Positions 24,822 through 35,197 are shown, counted from the stretch's first letter. The stretch: 64,000 nucleotides of DNA from Patescibacteria group bacterium (GCA_028717565.1 JAQUNP010000001.1:26736-90735), one strand, 5' to 3'. Program-made: numbers and translations. The notes: generated by a model from the sequence alone, not told the origin.

Positions 24822-26106
24822 TTAATTTTTTGATAGCAGTTTTTATGCGCTTGATGGATTCTGCTTTGCCCAAGGCCTCCAGCAGCTCGGTCGGGCTGGG
24901 GCTCCCCTCTTCTCCACTCAAAGCCACTCGAATGGGCCAAAAGAGGTCACCAGGGTTTAGAGCTGAAGCGTCTAGCGTGTGATCCAAAATCTGTTGCAGG
25001 CTACCGATGTCCCACGCTTTATCATCAAGCCCCTCTAGTACTTCAAGAGCAACCTCTAGCCCTTTGGTAGTTTGTTCGGGACTAGATTTTTTGAAAACCA
25101 AGAGCTTGGCGTCATAATCTGGTTCGGCGAAAAAGTAATGGGTTAGCTCCGGAATTTCAGATAAAAACCTGGCCCTGTCTTGCACCAGCTTGAGAGCAAA
25201 GCCAACTAACTTTTTATCGGCCTTTGTATCCAAGTAGGGCTCGGCGATTTTGACATATTCTTTGAATGGCAATTCCATCAAATACTGGTGGTTGATATGG
25301 TTTAAAAGTTTAATATCAAAAACCGCTCCGGCTTTTTGCACCCTAGACAAAGTAAACATTTTGACGAGTTCGTCAAAAGTGAAAAAGTCCTGAGTATCAG
25401 GGGGCGACCAGCCCAGTTGAGCCAAAAAGTTAATCATCGCTTCCGGCAAATAACCAGCTTTGATGTACTGCTCGAAATTGGTTTCACCAGTACGCTTACT
25501 CATCTTGGTTTTATCGGGATTCAGAATCAAAGGAATGTGGGCAAACTGTGGCACAGGAGCACCAAGGGCTTCGTAGAGCAAAATGTGTTTAGGGGTATTG
25601 GAGAGATGGTCCTCGCCTCGAATAACATGCGTGATACCCATATCGATATCATCGACTACATTGGCAAAGTGGAAAGTGGGTGTGCCGTCTTTCTTGAAAA
25701 GCACCATGTCGTCAAAATCTTTGGATTCAAACTCTACTTGGCCACGAATTAAATCTTTGACCACGATTTTTTTGTTTTCAACTGGGGTTTTAAAATAGAT
25801 ACCGCCGTCTTGTTCGTAGGTGAGATCTTGGGCTTTCAGCTTGGTCAAATAGTTTTGATAGATCTCTGCACGCTTACTTTGGTAGTGCTCTTCATCCCAT
25901 TTTATACCCATCCACTTGAGACCCTGGCGAATGGATTCTTCAAAAACCGCCTCGCTGCGATCCTTGTCCGTATCTTCAAATCGCAAAACAAATTTGCCCT
26001 TGTGCTGCAGGGCATAGACGTAGTTGAAAAGCGCGGTGCGAACACCGCCAATGTGTAGAGGCCCGGTTGGGCTCGGCGCAAATCTTACGCGAACTTTTTC
26101 CTCCAT
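24814..26106 (-). CDS. gltX: glutamate--tRNA ligase
   Basis: RFAPSPTGPLHIGG (HIGH) and KMSKR motifs. 430 aa. Confidence 0.95.
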   Translation of the reverse strand: MEEKVRVRFAPSPTGPLHIGGVRTALFNYVYALQHKGKFVLRFEDTDKDRSEAVFEESIRQGLKWMGIKWDEEHYQSKRAEIYQNYLTKLKAQDLTYEQDGGIYFKTPVENKKIVVKDLIRGQVEFESKDFDDMVLFKKDGTPTFHFANVVDDIDMGITHVIRGEDHLSNTPKHILLYEALGAPVPQFAHIPLILNPDKTKMSKRTGETNFEQYIKAGYLPEAMINFLAQLGWSPPDTQDFFTFDELVKMFTLSRVQKAGAVFDIKLLNHINHQYLMELPFKEYVKIAEPYLDTKADKKLVGFALKLVQDRARFLSEIPELTHYFFAEPDYDAKLLVFKKSSPEQTTKGLEVALEVLEGLDDKAWDIGSLQQILDHTLDASALNPGDLFWPIRVALSGEEGSPSPTELLEALGKAESIKRIKTAIKKLNV

Positions 26107-26112
26107 GTGTAT

Positions 26113-26121
26113 ATTTTATCA
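26113..26121 (-). promoter_or_regulatory. extended -10 box TGATAAAAT, 6 nt upstream of the gltX ATG
   Basis: Reverse complement of 26107-26121 reads TGATAAAAT-ATACAC, followed by the ATG at 26106. Confidence 0.5.
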
Positions 26122-26122
26122 T

Positions 26123-26157
26123 GAAAAAAATGGGCCAGCGGCATCGACCGCCAGCCC
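26123..26157 (-). terminator. intrinsic terminator of the 84-aa GC-rich gene
   Basis: 10-bp stem GGGCUGGCGG/CCGCUGGCCC (minus-strand reading) followed by AUUUUUUU. Confidence 0.7.
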
Positions 26158-26190
26158 TGGTAAACGTGGTTAGAATCATTTCGGTTGGCT

Positions 26191-26445
26191 TTAGTTAGCG
26201 GAGTCAGGTAACCCGGAGCACCCAATGACCACTAGGACAAACCCGACCATGAGGTACACCGCCCCCATCACTGGGGTGATCTCCACGGCCTGTCCCAACC
26301 CAGAGAAGGGAATGGCAATATTGCCATCCGCTGTCAGGGTCGGAAAACATAGACGCAGCCAAACTACGCTAGACATCACCACCAGCCCAAGAATGATTAC
26401 TACCCACGTTAAGGTATCGTACCCCTCGGTGCTATGTATCGGCAC
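26191..26445 (-). CDS. small GC-rich membrane protein (84 aa)
   Basis: GGAGGTG plus 4 nt precedes a GTG start. Two to three hydrophobic helices and its own terminator. Confidence 0.45.
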   Translation of the reverse strand: MPIHSTEGYDTLTWVVIILGLVVMSSVVWLRLCFPTLTADGNIAIPFSGLGQAVEITPVMGAVYLMVGFVLVVIGCSGLPDSAN

Positions 26446-26469
26446 AGCGCACCTCCTCTGGCGCAGGGT

Positions 26470-27336
26470 TTATTTTTCGAGCTTATAGTGGCGCACCTTG
26501 AGCATAAAGTCAATCGTAGCCGTTTTGACTCGGTCTTTTCTCCACGGTTGAGTCAAAAAACGCCATAGCCATTCTAGTTCGATATCACGTACCCATTTGG
26601 GTGCCCGAATAGCTGGTGAGCGGTCTACTTTGGCATTCATGGCTGTACCTTGCACGATAAAGTCCAACGCCCCCCCGATACCGATAGCGATAACATTTTT
26701 GAGCTGGGGTAAGGTATCTTTCATCCATTTCATTTGTTTGTCAGCCGGATAAGCTAAAAAAATGATTTGGGGATTGGTCTGCTGAATACGTTGGATGACA
26801 TCCACCTCATCTTCGTAGGGTGGGCCCACCATCACCTCCACTACATTGAGACGCGGGTAAAGTGTTTGCATGACTCGTGCGGCTTTCAAGGCCACCCCCG
26901 GACCAGCACCAAGCAAAAAGATGCGATAATTTCTTTCGCTGGCAAGTTTGGCGATTTCCCAGACCATATCAGAACCTCGCAGGTGCTCGGGGATGACATT
27001 GAGCTGGCGTGGTGCAAAAACCACCGCCGCCCCGGTAATTAACCATTGCAAAAACTCCTGGATCTGACGCAGGATGGGGACGCGGGTCATGGGCAAAACA
27101 AGATATTTGGCAGCCCAGATCAAACCCACTCCATCAACCAAAGAGAGAGAGGCATTGTTCAGTACACTTTTAAACCACTCGTGCTTTTGCGCATACATTA
27201 CCATCTCCGGGTTAGGAGTGACGATGTAGTGGTTTTTGCGACTTCGCACCATATCCGTAATGGCTTGCAAGGCCTCCGGCAGACGCACCGCATGCACTTT
27301 TACGTCTAGGATTTCAACGATTTTGAGTGGTAGCAT
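26470..27336 (-). CDS. WecG/TagA/CpsF-family glycosyltransferase
   Basis: IVTPNPEMV...LSLVDGVGL...LGAGPGV...GGALDF pattern of the WecG/TagA family. Confidence 0.85.
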   Translation of the reverse strand: MLPLKIVEILDVKVHAVRLPEALQAITDMVRSRKNHYIVTPNPEMVMYAQKHEWFKSVLNNASLSLVDGVGLIWAAKYLVLPMTRVPILRQIQEFLQWLITGAAVVFAPRQLNVIPEHLRGSDMVWEIAKLASERNYRIFLLGAGPGVALKAARVMQTLYPRLNVVEVMVGPPYEDEVDVIQRIQQTNPQIIFLAYPADKQMKWMKDTLPQLKNVIAIGIGGALDFIVQGTAMNAKVDRSPAIRAPKWVRDIELEWLWRFLTQPWRKDRVKTATIDFMLKVRHYKLEK

Positions 27337-28435
27337 GAAGCTTTTCTTTTACGAGTTTCTCTATATTATCTTTAAACGCTGCCTTGGAGAAAGTCAAAGC
27401 ATGCTCGTGGATAACTTGAGAATCAAAATTGTCCACATTTTTGTCGAAATCCTTGAGGGCTTCAGTAATAGAAGCAATGCTTTGTTCATCAAAGAAGGCA
27501 CCGGTTCTGCCCTCTATCACACTCTCCAACAATCCCCCTTTTCGAAAAGCCAGGACAGGTTTACCAGCTGCCATGGCTTCCACCGGCACAATACCAAAAT
27601 CTTCTTCGCCCGGGAAGATGAGCCCTTTACAATTTTGAAGATATTTAATCCGAGTAACATCATCGACAAAACCGAGAAACTTTGTGTGCGGCCCAGCCAT
27701 TTTTTGCAATTGCGCCTCCATCTCACCAGCGCCAATTACTACCAAAGGTAGGTCTAGCTCTCGGCAAGCAGACACAGCCAAGTCGATTCGTTTATATCTG
27801 CTTAAGCGCGAGAGGACTAAATAGTAATCCCCCCGTATGTCACTATGTTGGATTAAATGCGTGTCGACGGGCGGATAGATAACGTGGGCGTCGCGGCGGT
27901 AGTATTTTTGAATACGTCGGCGTACGTTTTGGGCATTGGCTACAAATATATCTACTCGCGAGACGCCTAGACGATCCCAAACGCGCAGCTTACTGATAAT
28001 GTCTCCGGCTATTAACTCTACTAAACCAAAGACCGACCCCAAGGGGGTACGATAGGCTTGGCCTTTGAGCTGAGTATGGGCCTCGTCCCAAGCATAGCGC
28101 ATTGGTGAATGGACATAAGAAATGTGCAGTGTCTCTGGCTTGGTAATGATATTTTTGACAAAAGAATTAGAGCTAGAGATCACTACATCAAAGCTGGTGA
28201 AGTCAAAACTTTCCACCGCCTGAGGAGCGAGCCCGATGAAAAATCGAGAGGGAATCCGGCGCCACTTTTGCAGATACGACGTGTGAATCCTTTTGGGATC
28301 GAAAAAGGGTTTTAGCTTAGGATCAAAAACCAACGTATAAATGGGTGCGTCGGGGAAAAGTTCGGCTAGTGCCAAAAGAACGCGTTCTGCGCCACCCATA
28401 TTGTGTAGGAAATCATGCACTAAAGCTACTTTCAT
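27314..28435 (-). CDS. glycosyltransferase family 4
   Basis: MKVALVHDFLHNMGGAERV N-terminus and EDFGIVPVEAMAAGKPV motif. The TTG start at 28519 was replaced by the ATG at 28435. Confidence 0.85.
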   Translation of the reverse strand: MKVALVHDFLHNMGGAERVLLALAELFPDAPIYTLVFDPKLKPFFDPKRIHTSYLQKWRRIPSRFFIGLAPQAVESFDFTSFDVVISSSNSFVKNIITKPETLHISYVHSPMRYAWDEAHTQLKGQAYRTPLGSVFGLVELIAGDIISKLRVWDRLGVSRVDIFVANAQNVRRRIQKYYRRDAHVIYPPVDTHLIQHSDIRGDYYLVLSRLSRYKRIDLAVSACRELDLPLVVIGAGEMEAQLQKMAGPHTKFLGFVDDVTRIKYLQNCKGLIFPGEEDFGIVPVEAMAAGKPVLAFRKGGLLESVIEGRTGAFFDEQSIASITEALKDFDKNVDNFDSQVIHEHALTFSKAAFKDNIEKLVKEKLHATTQNR

Positions 28436-28522
28436 ATCGTTTGGTGGATGAATCTTTTGGTATATACGGTCTGGAGCGTATGGACTGTCCCATGGGTAGC
28501 TGGAGCGGTGGGCGGACAAGGG

Positions 28523-29617
28523 TTAGAGCGTATCTATGATGCTCTTTAGTTTAGCAGCTGAAGCCTCCCAAGAAAAATCTTTGAGCCGTTCATAGCCGGC
28601 CTGTACTAGTTTGGTTTTGAGCTCCTCGTCACCCACGAGATGGCTAACCGCCCGAACAATCGCATTAGTATCGTGGGGGTTGACCAAGAGTGCAGCGTGG
28701 TTGGCCACTTCGGCTGGTGCACCAAAATTAGTAGTGATGACAGGCGTCCCGGCTGCGAAACTTTCTAGAATGGGTAGGCCAAATCCTTCGTAGAGAGAAG
28801 GGAAGAGAAAGATCTCCGCCGCACGATAGAGCATGGGTAAATCTAGCTCTGCCACAAAACCGATAAAATGCACCCTATGTTCTAGCCCTGCGGCTTTTGC
28901 TTCTGCCTCTAACCGAACAGACAGCTGATTTTTGGGGCCAGCAAAAACCAGATGCAGCTGAGGGTGATTTTGAGCGATGACACAGAAACTTTCTAGAATT
29001 TTTGTTGAATTTTTACGTGGCTCTACTCGCCCTACCGTCAGTAAAAATTGTTCGGGTAGGTGATACTTCTCATGAATATCTTGGAGGTTGGGGCGTAGGT
29101 GATAGTGAGAGACAGCATTATAGACGACTTCGATACGCCTCTCCCCTATCCCAAAGATTTTTTTTAAATCTTGTTTAGTTTGTTGGCTAACAGCCAAGAT
29201 TTTTGTAGCACCGACCTTGGCCTTTAAAACAGTGGAGAAGGAGAGGGCCCAATCCCTCACCTTGTAGGCCAACGGAAATTTCATAAAAGCCACATCGTGA
29301 ATGGTGGCGATAGTTTTAATGCCGGTTAATCCCGGAGGCAACATGTAGGCCGGTGACCAAAAAATGTCGAGGTGATCTTCTCGAATAGCTACAGGCAAGG
29401 CCCGCTGTGTCCAGAAACGGTTGGCTACCACCACATGATTAGTAACGTTGGGTAAATCGCGCCACCGACTCGGAAGAGGTTTAGGAGTATAGATGATGTA
29501 GTGATTATCCCGATCCAGTTTTAAGAGATGATGGATAAGTTCTCGACTGGCAACCTCCACCCCTGTGGGGTGGGTTTTGATAAATACGTTGCCGTCGATG
29601 CCAATCTTATAATCCAT
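28523..29617 (-). CDS. glycosyltransferase family 4
   Basis: PSLYEGFGLPILESFAAGTPVITT motif. 364 aa. Confidence 0.85.
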   Translation of the reverse strand: MDYKIGIDGNVFIKTHPTGVEVASRELIHHLLKLDRDNHYIIYTPKPLPSRWRDLPNVTNHVVVANRFWTQRALPVAIREDHLDIFWSPAYMLPPGLTGIKTIATIHDVAFMKFPLAYKVRDWALSFSTVLKAKVGATKILAVSQQTKQDLKKIFGIGERRIEVVYNAVSHYHLRPNLQDIHEKYHLPEQFLLTVGRVEPRKNSTKILESFCVIAQNHPQLHLVFAGPKNQLSVRLEAEAKAAGLEHRVHFIGFVAELDLPMLYRAAEIFLFPSLYEGFGLPILESFAAGTPVITTNFGAPAEVANHAALLVNPHDTNAIVRAVSHLVGDEELKTKLVQAGYERLKDFSWEASAAKLKSIIDTL

Positions 29618-29723
29618 TTACTTTTTATCCCCTTTTCTATTATATTGTAGAAGCTACGGCACGAGAGAGTATTGGGGTATTTTGCTGTCTCATAGCCGAT
29701 TTGTCTATTATTGTCCTAAATCC

Positions 29724-31160
29724 ATGTTAAAGCAAAAAAACTGGCCCACTACCCTGGCCTACATCCTGGCGATTATCGTCTTTTTGGCTGTGTCGGTCTA
29801 TACGGTGATGTACGCTACCGGCTACCGAGTTGACTTTGGCACCTGGTCAATAGAAAAAACCGGAGTGCTGGCGGTCACCACCAAACCCAGCGGAGCCACA
29901 GTCAAAATCGACGATAAACCCTACAGTCGCAAAACACCGTTCACGCTGAGAAACATGCTGCCAGGCACTTATACCCTCACCCTCGAGCTAGAGGGTTATC
30001 GGCCGTATACAAAACCGATTGAGGTAGTCTCCAACCGCGTGACTGAAGAGCACAACATTGACTTGGTGCTCAACGATGTCGTGAGCGACCTAGTAGCTGA
30101 CAATGTGGCAGCGCTCATTACTTTGACGAACGGCGGAGTATATTTTGGAACTGATAAAAAATTCTACGAAGTAGGTAAAACCGATCCGTTGAAATTCGAT
30201 AACCTACCCGTAGCGATTCAAACGATTCTAAGTAGCACAACTAGTATCTTTTTAGCCAACAAACACGACCAGAGCAATAACTGGGTCTTGGGTGTAGTAG
30301 CCAACGGTCGTCGCTGGCTGGTGATAGTTGAGCCATCTGGCTATCGCGGCCAAGCCTTTCAAGCACCCCTAACATCGGTAAAACCGGAAGATATTTATTG
30401 GATAGATGCCGATCGGTTGGCATTTGTAGTGGGACGAGCGGTGTATGGACTGGATTTAACCTCAAATAAACTGATTACGTATCATCAAAATGCCACCGGC
30501 GTTACCTATACACAAAATGCCCTGTATTTTGTACAGCGCAGTGCGCAGGGCGTGTATGAACTCTGGCGTGATGCGAATATCTTTGATGCCAAACCAGCTG
30601 AACTGGCTATCACTAATTTGCCCGTAGGTCAGGACTACGAGGTTTTGATCACTCCAGAAAAAGATACTTTGGTCATGCCCATTAATCGCGGGGTGAAAGG
30701 CATTTGGATTATGCGAGACAAGGAAGAGACCTTTACCAAACTCGACAGCAATATTGGACAGGTCATTTACGATTATCTTAACGAGATTGTGTTTTACCGC
30801 ATGGGGACAGAGCTGAAACAATACGTTTTAAAGGATCCAGCTCGCACTCTCAAGATCAGTGGTACCGTACATACATTTGACACTGCCCCTTTGCTTTTGG
30901 GTAAACGTAATGAGAGTTTGTTCTGGCAAATTGGTTCGGAGATTTTTATGTCTGATCTGACTGTGGACAATCTATACCTCATCGCCAATATTACCAACAA
31001 GACACTTTTCTTGGACGAGAGCTCCCAAATCGTATGGACACTCGGAGGCAACGTTTTGGAAAAAATTATTATTCGCAAAAACAGCACCAACCTGTTTGGC
31101 CGACTGCCGGGCATATGGTGGGGTGAGAACTACCAAGCGCCTAGTAAAGCGGCAGGATAA
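29724..31160 (+). CDS. PEGA domain-containing membrane-anchored protein
   Basis: N-terminal TM helix, then VTTKPSGATVKIDDKPY...LPGTYTLTLELEGYRPY (PEGA motif). The TTG start at 29682 was replaced by the ATG at 29724. Confidence 0.75.
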   Translation: MLKQKNWPTTLAYILAIIVFLAVSVYTVMYATGYRVDFGTWSIEKTGVLAVTTKPSGATVKIDDKPYSRKTPFTLRNMLPGTYTLTLELEGYRPYTKPIEVVSNRVTEEHNIDLVLNDVVSDLVADNVAALITLTNGGVYFGTDKKFYEVGKTDPLKFDNLPVAIQTILSSTTSIFLANKHDQSNNWVLGVVANGRRWLVIVEPSGYRGQAFQAPLTSVKPEDIYWIDADRLAFVVGRAVYGLDLTSNKLITYHQNATGVTYTQNALYFVQRSAQGVYELWRDANIFDAKPAELAITNLPVGQDYEVLITPEKDTLVMPINRGVKGIWIMRDKEETFTKLDSNIGQVIYDYLNEIVFYRMGTELKQYVLKDPARTLKISGTVHTFDTAPLLLGKRNESLFWQIGSEIFMSDLTVDNLYLIANITNKTLFLDESSQIVWTLGGNVLEKIIIRKNSTNLFGRLPGIWWGENYQAPSKAAG

Positions 31161-31929
31161 TCGGCAGCTCAGGGATTGATACAAACTCGTCAAAGTCCGT
31201 AGTGTCCACTGGCGGACGACCCACCAACTCAGCTTGCACAATCAAGCGTTTTAAGTTTGTGCCGATGGGGGTACAAGTCATTAAGGTCATCACCGGCTTG
31301 TCGGTTTGGTTAAGGACTTCGGTTTCACTAGGACGAATCACAAATTTATCCGTAACTTCGTAAACAAACTTATCACCATCGTGGTAGGCATAGATTAGAT
31401 CACCGGCCTGAAGTTTGTCGAGGTTAGCAAAAACCTGATTGTACTCTCCCCCACTCCACCAATAATAAGAGCTGTGTCCGGTCATAAACGAGTTACCCAC
31501 TCGACCCGGCAAAGCGGTGCCATAGTAGTGACCTATGCCGTGTTTAATATCCTCCAAGATCTGACTATTGTCATATGACTGCATGTAAACGATGGGGGCA
31601 TCTACGTTGATTTTGGGAATGACCAAGGTATCCTGATCTGGAACAAAGGTCGACTGCTCAATGAAGTTGTTGAGCTCATCAATACCAAATGAATCCGCAC
31701 CGGTGCGAACTGGTAAATCATATTTATCAGAAAAGTCGTCATGAGGTGCCGAGAAATAATAGCCAAGGGATGTCAAAAGTGTTGGGCCCATAACTACAAC
31801 CGACAAAAGAATGAAAAAACCCAAAAACAAACCCATGAATTTGGCTACCTCTACCCAGACGCGGGAACGAGGGCGTGGTGGGGGTGGCGAAAAATTGGAT
31901 TGAAAATAAGGATTGAAATTATTCATCAC
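31141..31929 (-). CDS. sortase-family transpeptidase
   Basis: N-terminal TM helix, LVIPKINVDAPIV, a His region (MTGHSS) and a catalytic LMTCTP (TLxTC-type) motif. Confidence 0.8.
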   Translation of the reverse strand: MMNNFNPYFQSNFSPPPPRPRSRVWVEVAKFMGLFLGFFILLSVVVMGPTLLTSLGYYFSAPHDDFSDKYDLPVRTGADSFGIDELNNFIEQSTFVPDQDTLVIPKINVDAPIVYMQSYDNSQILEDIKHGIGHYYGTALPGRVGNSFMTGHSSYYWWSGGEYNQVFANLDKLQAGDLIYAYHDGDKFVYEVTDKFVIRPSETEVLNQTDKPVMTLMTCTPIGTNLKRLIVQAELVGRPPVDTTDFDEFVSIPELPIILPLY

Positions 31930-34390
31930 TCAAATCTTTTGAGGTAATGGTTACCTCATCTAGATTATCGTTGGCCAAGATCTGGTTGGCAAGATTGGTT
32001 TCAATCCGCTCACGGATGACTCGCTCTAACGGACGAGCGCCAAAAGCCGGGTCATACCCCAACTCTGCCAATTTGGCTACCGCATCGTCGGTGACATGCA
32101 GAGTAATGTTCTTTTCGCGTTTAATGTGTTCGACTAAGCCCTTGATTTTGATCTTCGCCACTTCAGCTAACTCGGCTGGAGTAAGCGGTTTAAAGACCAG
32201 CACCCCATCGAAGCGGTTAATAAACTCTGGTGGGAAACTTTCAGCAATGAGCATCTCAATAAGTTTATCGCGCATCACATCGTAGGCCATTTGACTCCGG
32301 ACCGCATCTTGGATGAAACGTGCCTGAGCGTTGCTAGTGGCAATGATAATAGTATTGGTAAAATCGATTGTGTTGCCAAGGTTGTCAGTCATTCTTCCCT
32401 CATCCAAAACTTGCAAAAAGACATTGAGGATATCCGGATGAGCTTTTTCCACTTCGTCTAAAAGCACAACGGCAAAAGGAGTTTTCCTAACCGCTTCAGT
32501 CAACACACCGCCGCCCAGAGCCACGTCTCCAGAAACAGCCGGCGCACCGAAAATGCGATAAGCTGATTCTCTAGTTTGGTATTCGCTCATGTCTAGGCGA
32601 ATCATATCGGCCTCGTTACCAAAATAGTTCTCGGCCAAGCGTTTAGCCAACTCTGTCTTACCCACACCTGTGGGGCCCAAGAACAAAAATGTACCGATTG
32701 GTCGGTTGCCTTTGGCAACGCCTAGGCGGGCACGTTTTAAGGCATCTACCACACCAGTCACCGCCTCATCTTGACCAATGAATTTCTCTTGGATGGCCGC
32801 AGCCAGATTTTTGAGTTTGTCTTTTTCTGATGCAGTCAGGGCACCGACTGGTACGTTGGTTCGTGAGCTCATAACGGCTTCGACATGAGACGCCTGCACT
32901 CGCTTAGCCCCCTGTCTGGCAGCTTCCACCCCGGCCTCATCCAACAGATCAACCGCTTTATCCGGCAAGCGACTGTCGTGAATAAACTTCACCGAATTAG
33001 TAATGGCGGCTTTGATAGCAGACAGCGTGACTAAAACCCCATGACGTCCCTCAATCGATCGGGACTTGTCTTCTAGTACTAGTAGGGCTCTGGCCTCGTC
33101 TAATTCATCAATGTGTACGGCTGTAAAGAAACGTTTAAGTTCTTCCTTGTCTTCAACATACTTTTTGTAGTCCTTGGGACTGGCTGTCGCAATCATTTGC
33201 AGCCCACTTTCCTCTAAAGCACTTAGCAAAATGCCAGACAAATCAAAACCTTCGGAGGTTTTAGCCTTAGTTAGCTGGCCAATGTTGCCGATAAATAAGA
33301 TGACATTGCCAGCGCCTGCCGCTTCACGAGTGGCTTGCGAGAACAACTTTTCAAAGCTGACCTGTGCTCCAAGCATGGCTCCAACGTTCAGAGCGACCAA
33401 TTTGTAATCTTTTAAGGAAGGAATTTGATTATCCAAAATCTTTAGAGCAATATCGCCCACCACCGACGTCTTGCCTACACCCGGTTCACCAATGAGGATA
33501 GCACTGTTTTGCTCACCACGAGACAAGATACGAACCGCTTCATCGGCCTCTTGCTGGCGAACTCGCGCGGAGGCCAGAGTTCCGATACGAGCCAGCTCGG
33601 TTAAGTTTTGACTAAATCGGTCTAGCACCGGTGTGGGACGTGCACTCCAGGCCTTGTTGATGTTGCGCTTGGGGCTAAGTAATTCATACATCAAGCCAGA
33701 ACGAACTGCGGCTGGCCGATAATACCAGTTTCTCTTGGACCACTCGACTACTGACAGGGCTTCGGCAACCGAGATTTTGTCTTTGGCTAAAAGCTGACTT
33801 AGGCCTGGTGAATGTTTAATAATACCGCGTAGCAAATCTTCCCATGAAATTCGCGAATGCTCAGCGACACCCAGAGCCAGGGCTGATGTCAGCACGTCAT
33901 AAAAGATGTCGCCATCATTAGCCACCGCATTCACCACGTCGACTTCTTCAAGCTCCAGTCGGGCTAGTGTTAATCTGTAACCGAGATTAGAATGTAGCGC
34001 TGCTAACAAGTGGTGGCTGCCCAGATACGTAGCATGATTTTGTGTCGCCAGATTTAGTGCCCGCCAAAAAATGTGGCGTCCATGAAATGAAAAATACTTC
34101 AAGACATCAGTGTCGATGCGGGTATCTGACGTGGGCTTTTTACCTTTAATCCGATAGTTCCAGTATAGCCAGATAACAACCGTCAACATTGTCCAGCCAA
34201 CTAAAGGAGTGTGCCAGCTGGTTTGCCAGTCGCCAGTTGTCAAATAATTCAGTCCGGCAGTACCCAAAGTTATTAGCACTAGCCCCAGCGTAATGAGTTT
34301 AAGACCAAGGTAAGACCCAGTCAGCCAAATCAACCAACCAGTAGCAGGCCATCTAAAACTGAACCCAGTATTTTGGAGAGGTTTTACCAT
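31919..34390 (-). CDS. Clp/Hsp100-type double AAA+ ATPase with N-terminal transmembrane segment
   Basis: Walker A motifs GEPGVGKTS and GPTGVGKTE, and a Clp_N-like repeat. Two hydrophobic helices lie in the first ~90 aa. The start was set at the ATG at 34390, which overlaps the upstream stop (the track start at 34447 is also possible). Confidence 0.85.
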   Translation of the reverse strand: MVKPLQNTGFSFRWPATGWLIWLTGSYLGLKLITLGLVLITLGTAGLNYLTTGDWQTSWHTPLVGWTMLTVVIWLYWNYRIKGKKPTSDTRIDTDVLKYFSFHGRHIFWRALNLATQNHATYLGSHHLLAALHSNLGYRLTLARLELEEVDVVNAVANDGDIFYDVLTSALALGVAEHSRISWEDLLRGIIKHSPGLSQLLAKDKISVAEALSVVEWSKRNWYYRPAAVRSGLMYELLSPKRNINKAWSARPTPVLDRFSQNLTELARIGTLASARVRQQEADEAVRILSRGEQNSAILIGEPGVGKTSVVGDIALKILDNQIPSLKDYKLVALNVGAMLGAQVSFEKLFSQATREAAGAGNVILFIGNIGQLTKAKTSEGFDLSGILLSALEESGLQMIATASPKDYKKYVEDKEELKRFFTAVHIDELDEARALLVLEDKSRSIEGRHGVLVTLSAIKAAITNSVKFIHDSRLPDKAVDLLDEAGVEAARQGAKRVQASHVEAVMSSRTNVPVGALTASEKDKLKNLAAAIQEKFIGQDEAVTGVVDALKRARLGVAKGNRPIGTFLFLGPTGVGKTELAKRLAENYFGNEADMIRLDMSEYQTRESAYRIFGAPAVSGDVALGGGVLTEAVRKTPFAVVLLDEVEKAHPDILNVFLQVLDEGRMTDNLGNTIDFTNTIIIATSNAQARFIQDAVRSQMAYDVMRDKLIEMLIAESFPPEFINRFDGVLVFKPLTPAELAEVAKIKIKGLVEHIKREKNITLHVTDDAVAKLAELGYDPAFGARPLERVIRERIETNLANQILANDNLDEVTITSKDLSDE

Positions 34391-34725
34391 ATTTGCAAAA
34401 TAAGTAGGATAGCTAATACCGGCCACACTAACCACACTACTGTGCAAAACAGGCCAACAATCAAGATACCGAAATAGATACCCAGCGATATCAACACCCG
34501 AAAGAATCTAAACAAAAAACCGATGATACGTCCTTGCCAACCGTAATCTCCAAAGAGTGGCTCAATGGCTATCCATAAGCGAAAAGTTTCCCCCAAAACC
34601 AAGACCTCGTCCATGGCTAGGATAGAATCATATACCCACCCAAATAGACGTCTGGGTACAAAAATAACCCACCAGTATAAAAACTGTGTGAGCTCCTGAA
34701 GCGGTGTAAGGAATATATTGATCAT
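34384..34725 (-). CDS. hypothetical membrane protein
   Basis: 113-aa hydrophobic ORF, translationally coupled to the Clp ATPase gene. Confidence 0.5.
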   Translation of the reverse strand: MINIFLTPLQELTQFLYWWVIFVPRRLFGWVYDSILAMDEVLVLGETFRLWIAIEPLFGDYGWQGRIIGFLFRFFRVLISLGIYFGILIVGLFCTVVWLVWPVLAILLILQIW

Positions 34726-34798
34726 TTTTATTTTTGGTTTTCTAGATTAGATAATTCCCCATTACATTCTGTTATTATATCATAAAAATAGTTTTAAG

Positions 34799-35197
34799 TC
34801 AAGTTGTCGGCCCAACGAGCTGGGCTTGATAACCAGTTAACTGCTTAAGCTGTTCTAGCGTCAGGACTCCCTCGTGCCGAGAGCCATCACTAAATTCCCA
34901 GGTGGGATACCGTAAAATATGGGCCGTTAAACAGGGCTGTGTTTGGGCGGTTTTATCTGGAGATGAACACTCCACATAGGGCAGCTCATTGGCGGCTTTG
35001 CCAAAAAGCTCTTTCTGATAATTACAAGCCGAACACCAAAAAGATCCGTAGAGCTTGGCTCCGCTGTCAGTTAACCACTGTGCCAACACCATGACCTCAG
35101 AGTCGGTTTCGGTCGCTGCGGTGTGGTTGCGCAAACCAAACCACAGCAAAACCACAGCTGCAATCACCCCAATAGTAGTCCAAACAAGATATTTCAT
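34799..35197 (-). CDS. membrane-anchored thioredoxin-fold protein (VKOR-associated Trx-like)
   Basis: TM helix plus KLYGSFWCSACNYQKELFG (CxxC). The track ORF was trimmed because its first 34 codons are the reverse complement of tRNA-Leu. Confidence 0.7.
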   Translation of the reverse strand: MKYLVWTTIGVIAAVVLLWFGLRNHTAATETDSEVMVLAQWLTDSGAKLYGSFWCSACNYQKELFGKAANELPYVECSSPDKTAQTQPCLTAHILRYPTWEFSDGSRHEGVLTLEQLKQLTGYQAQLVGPTT

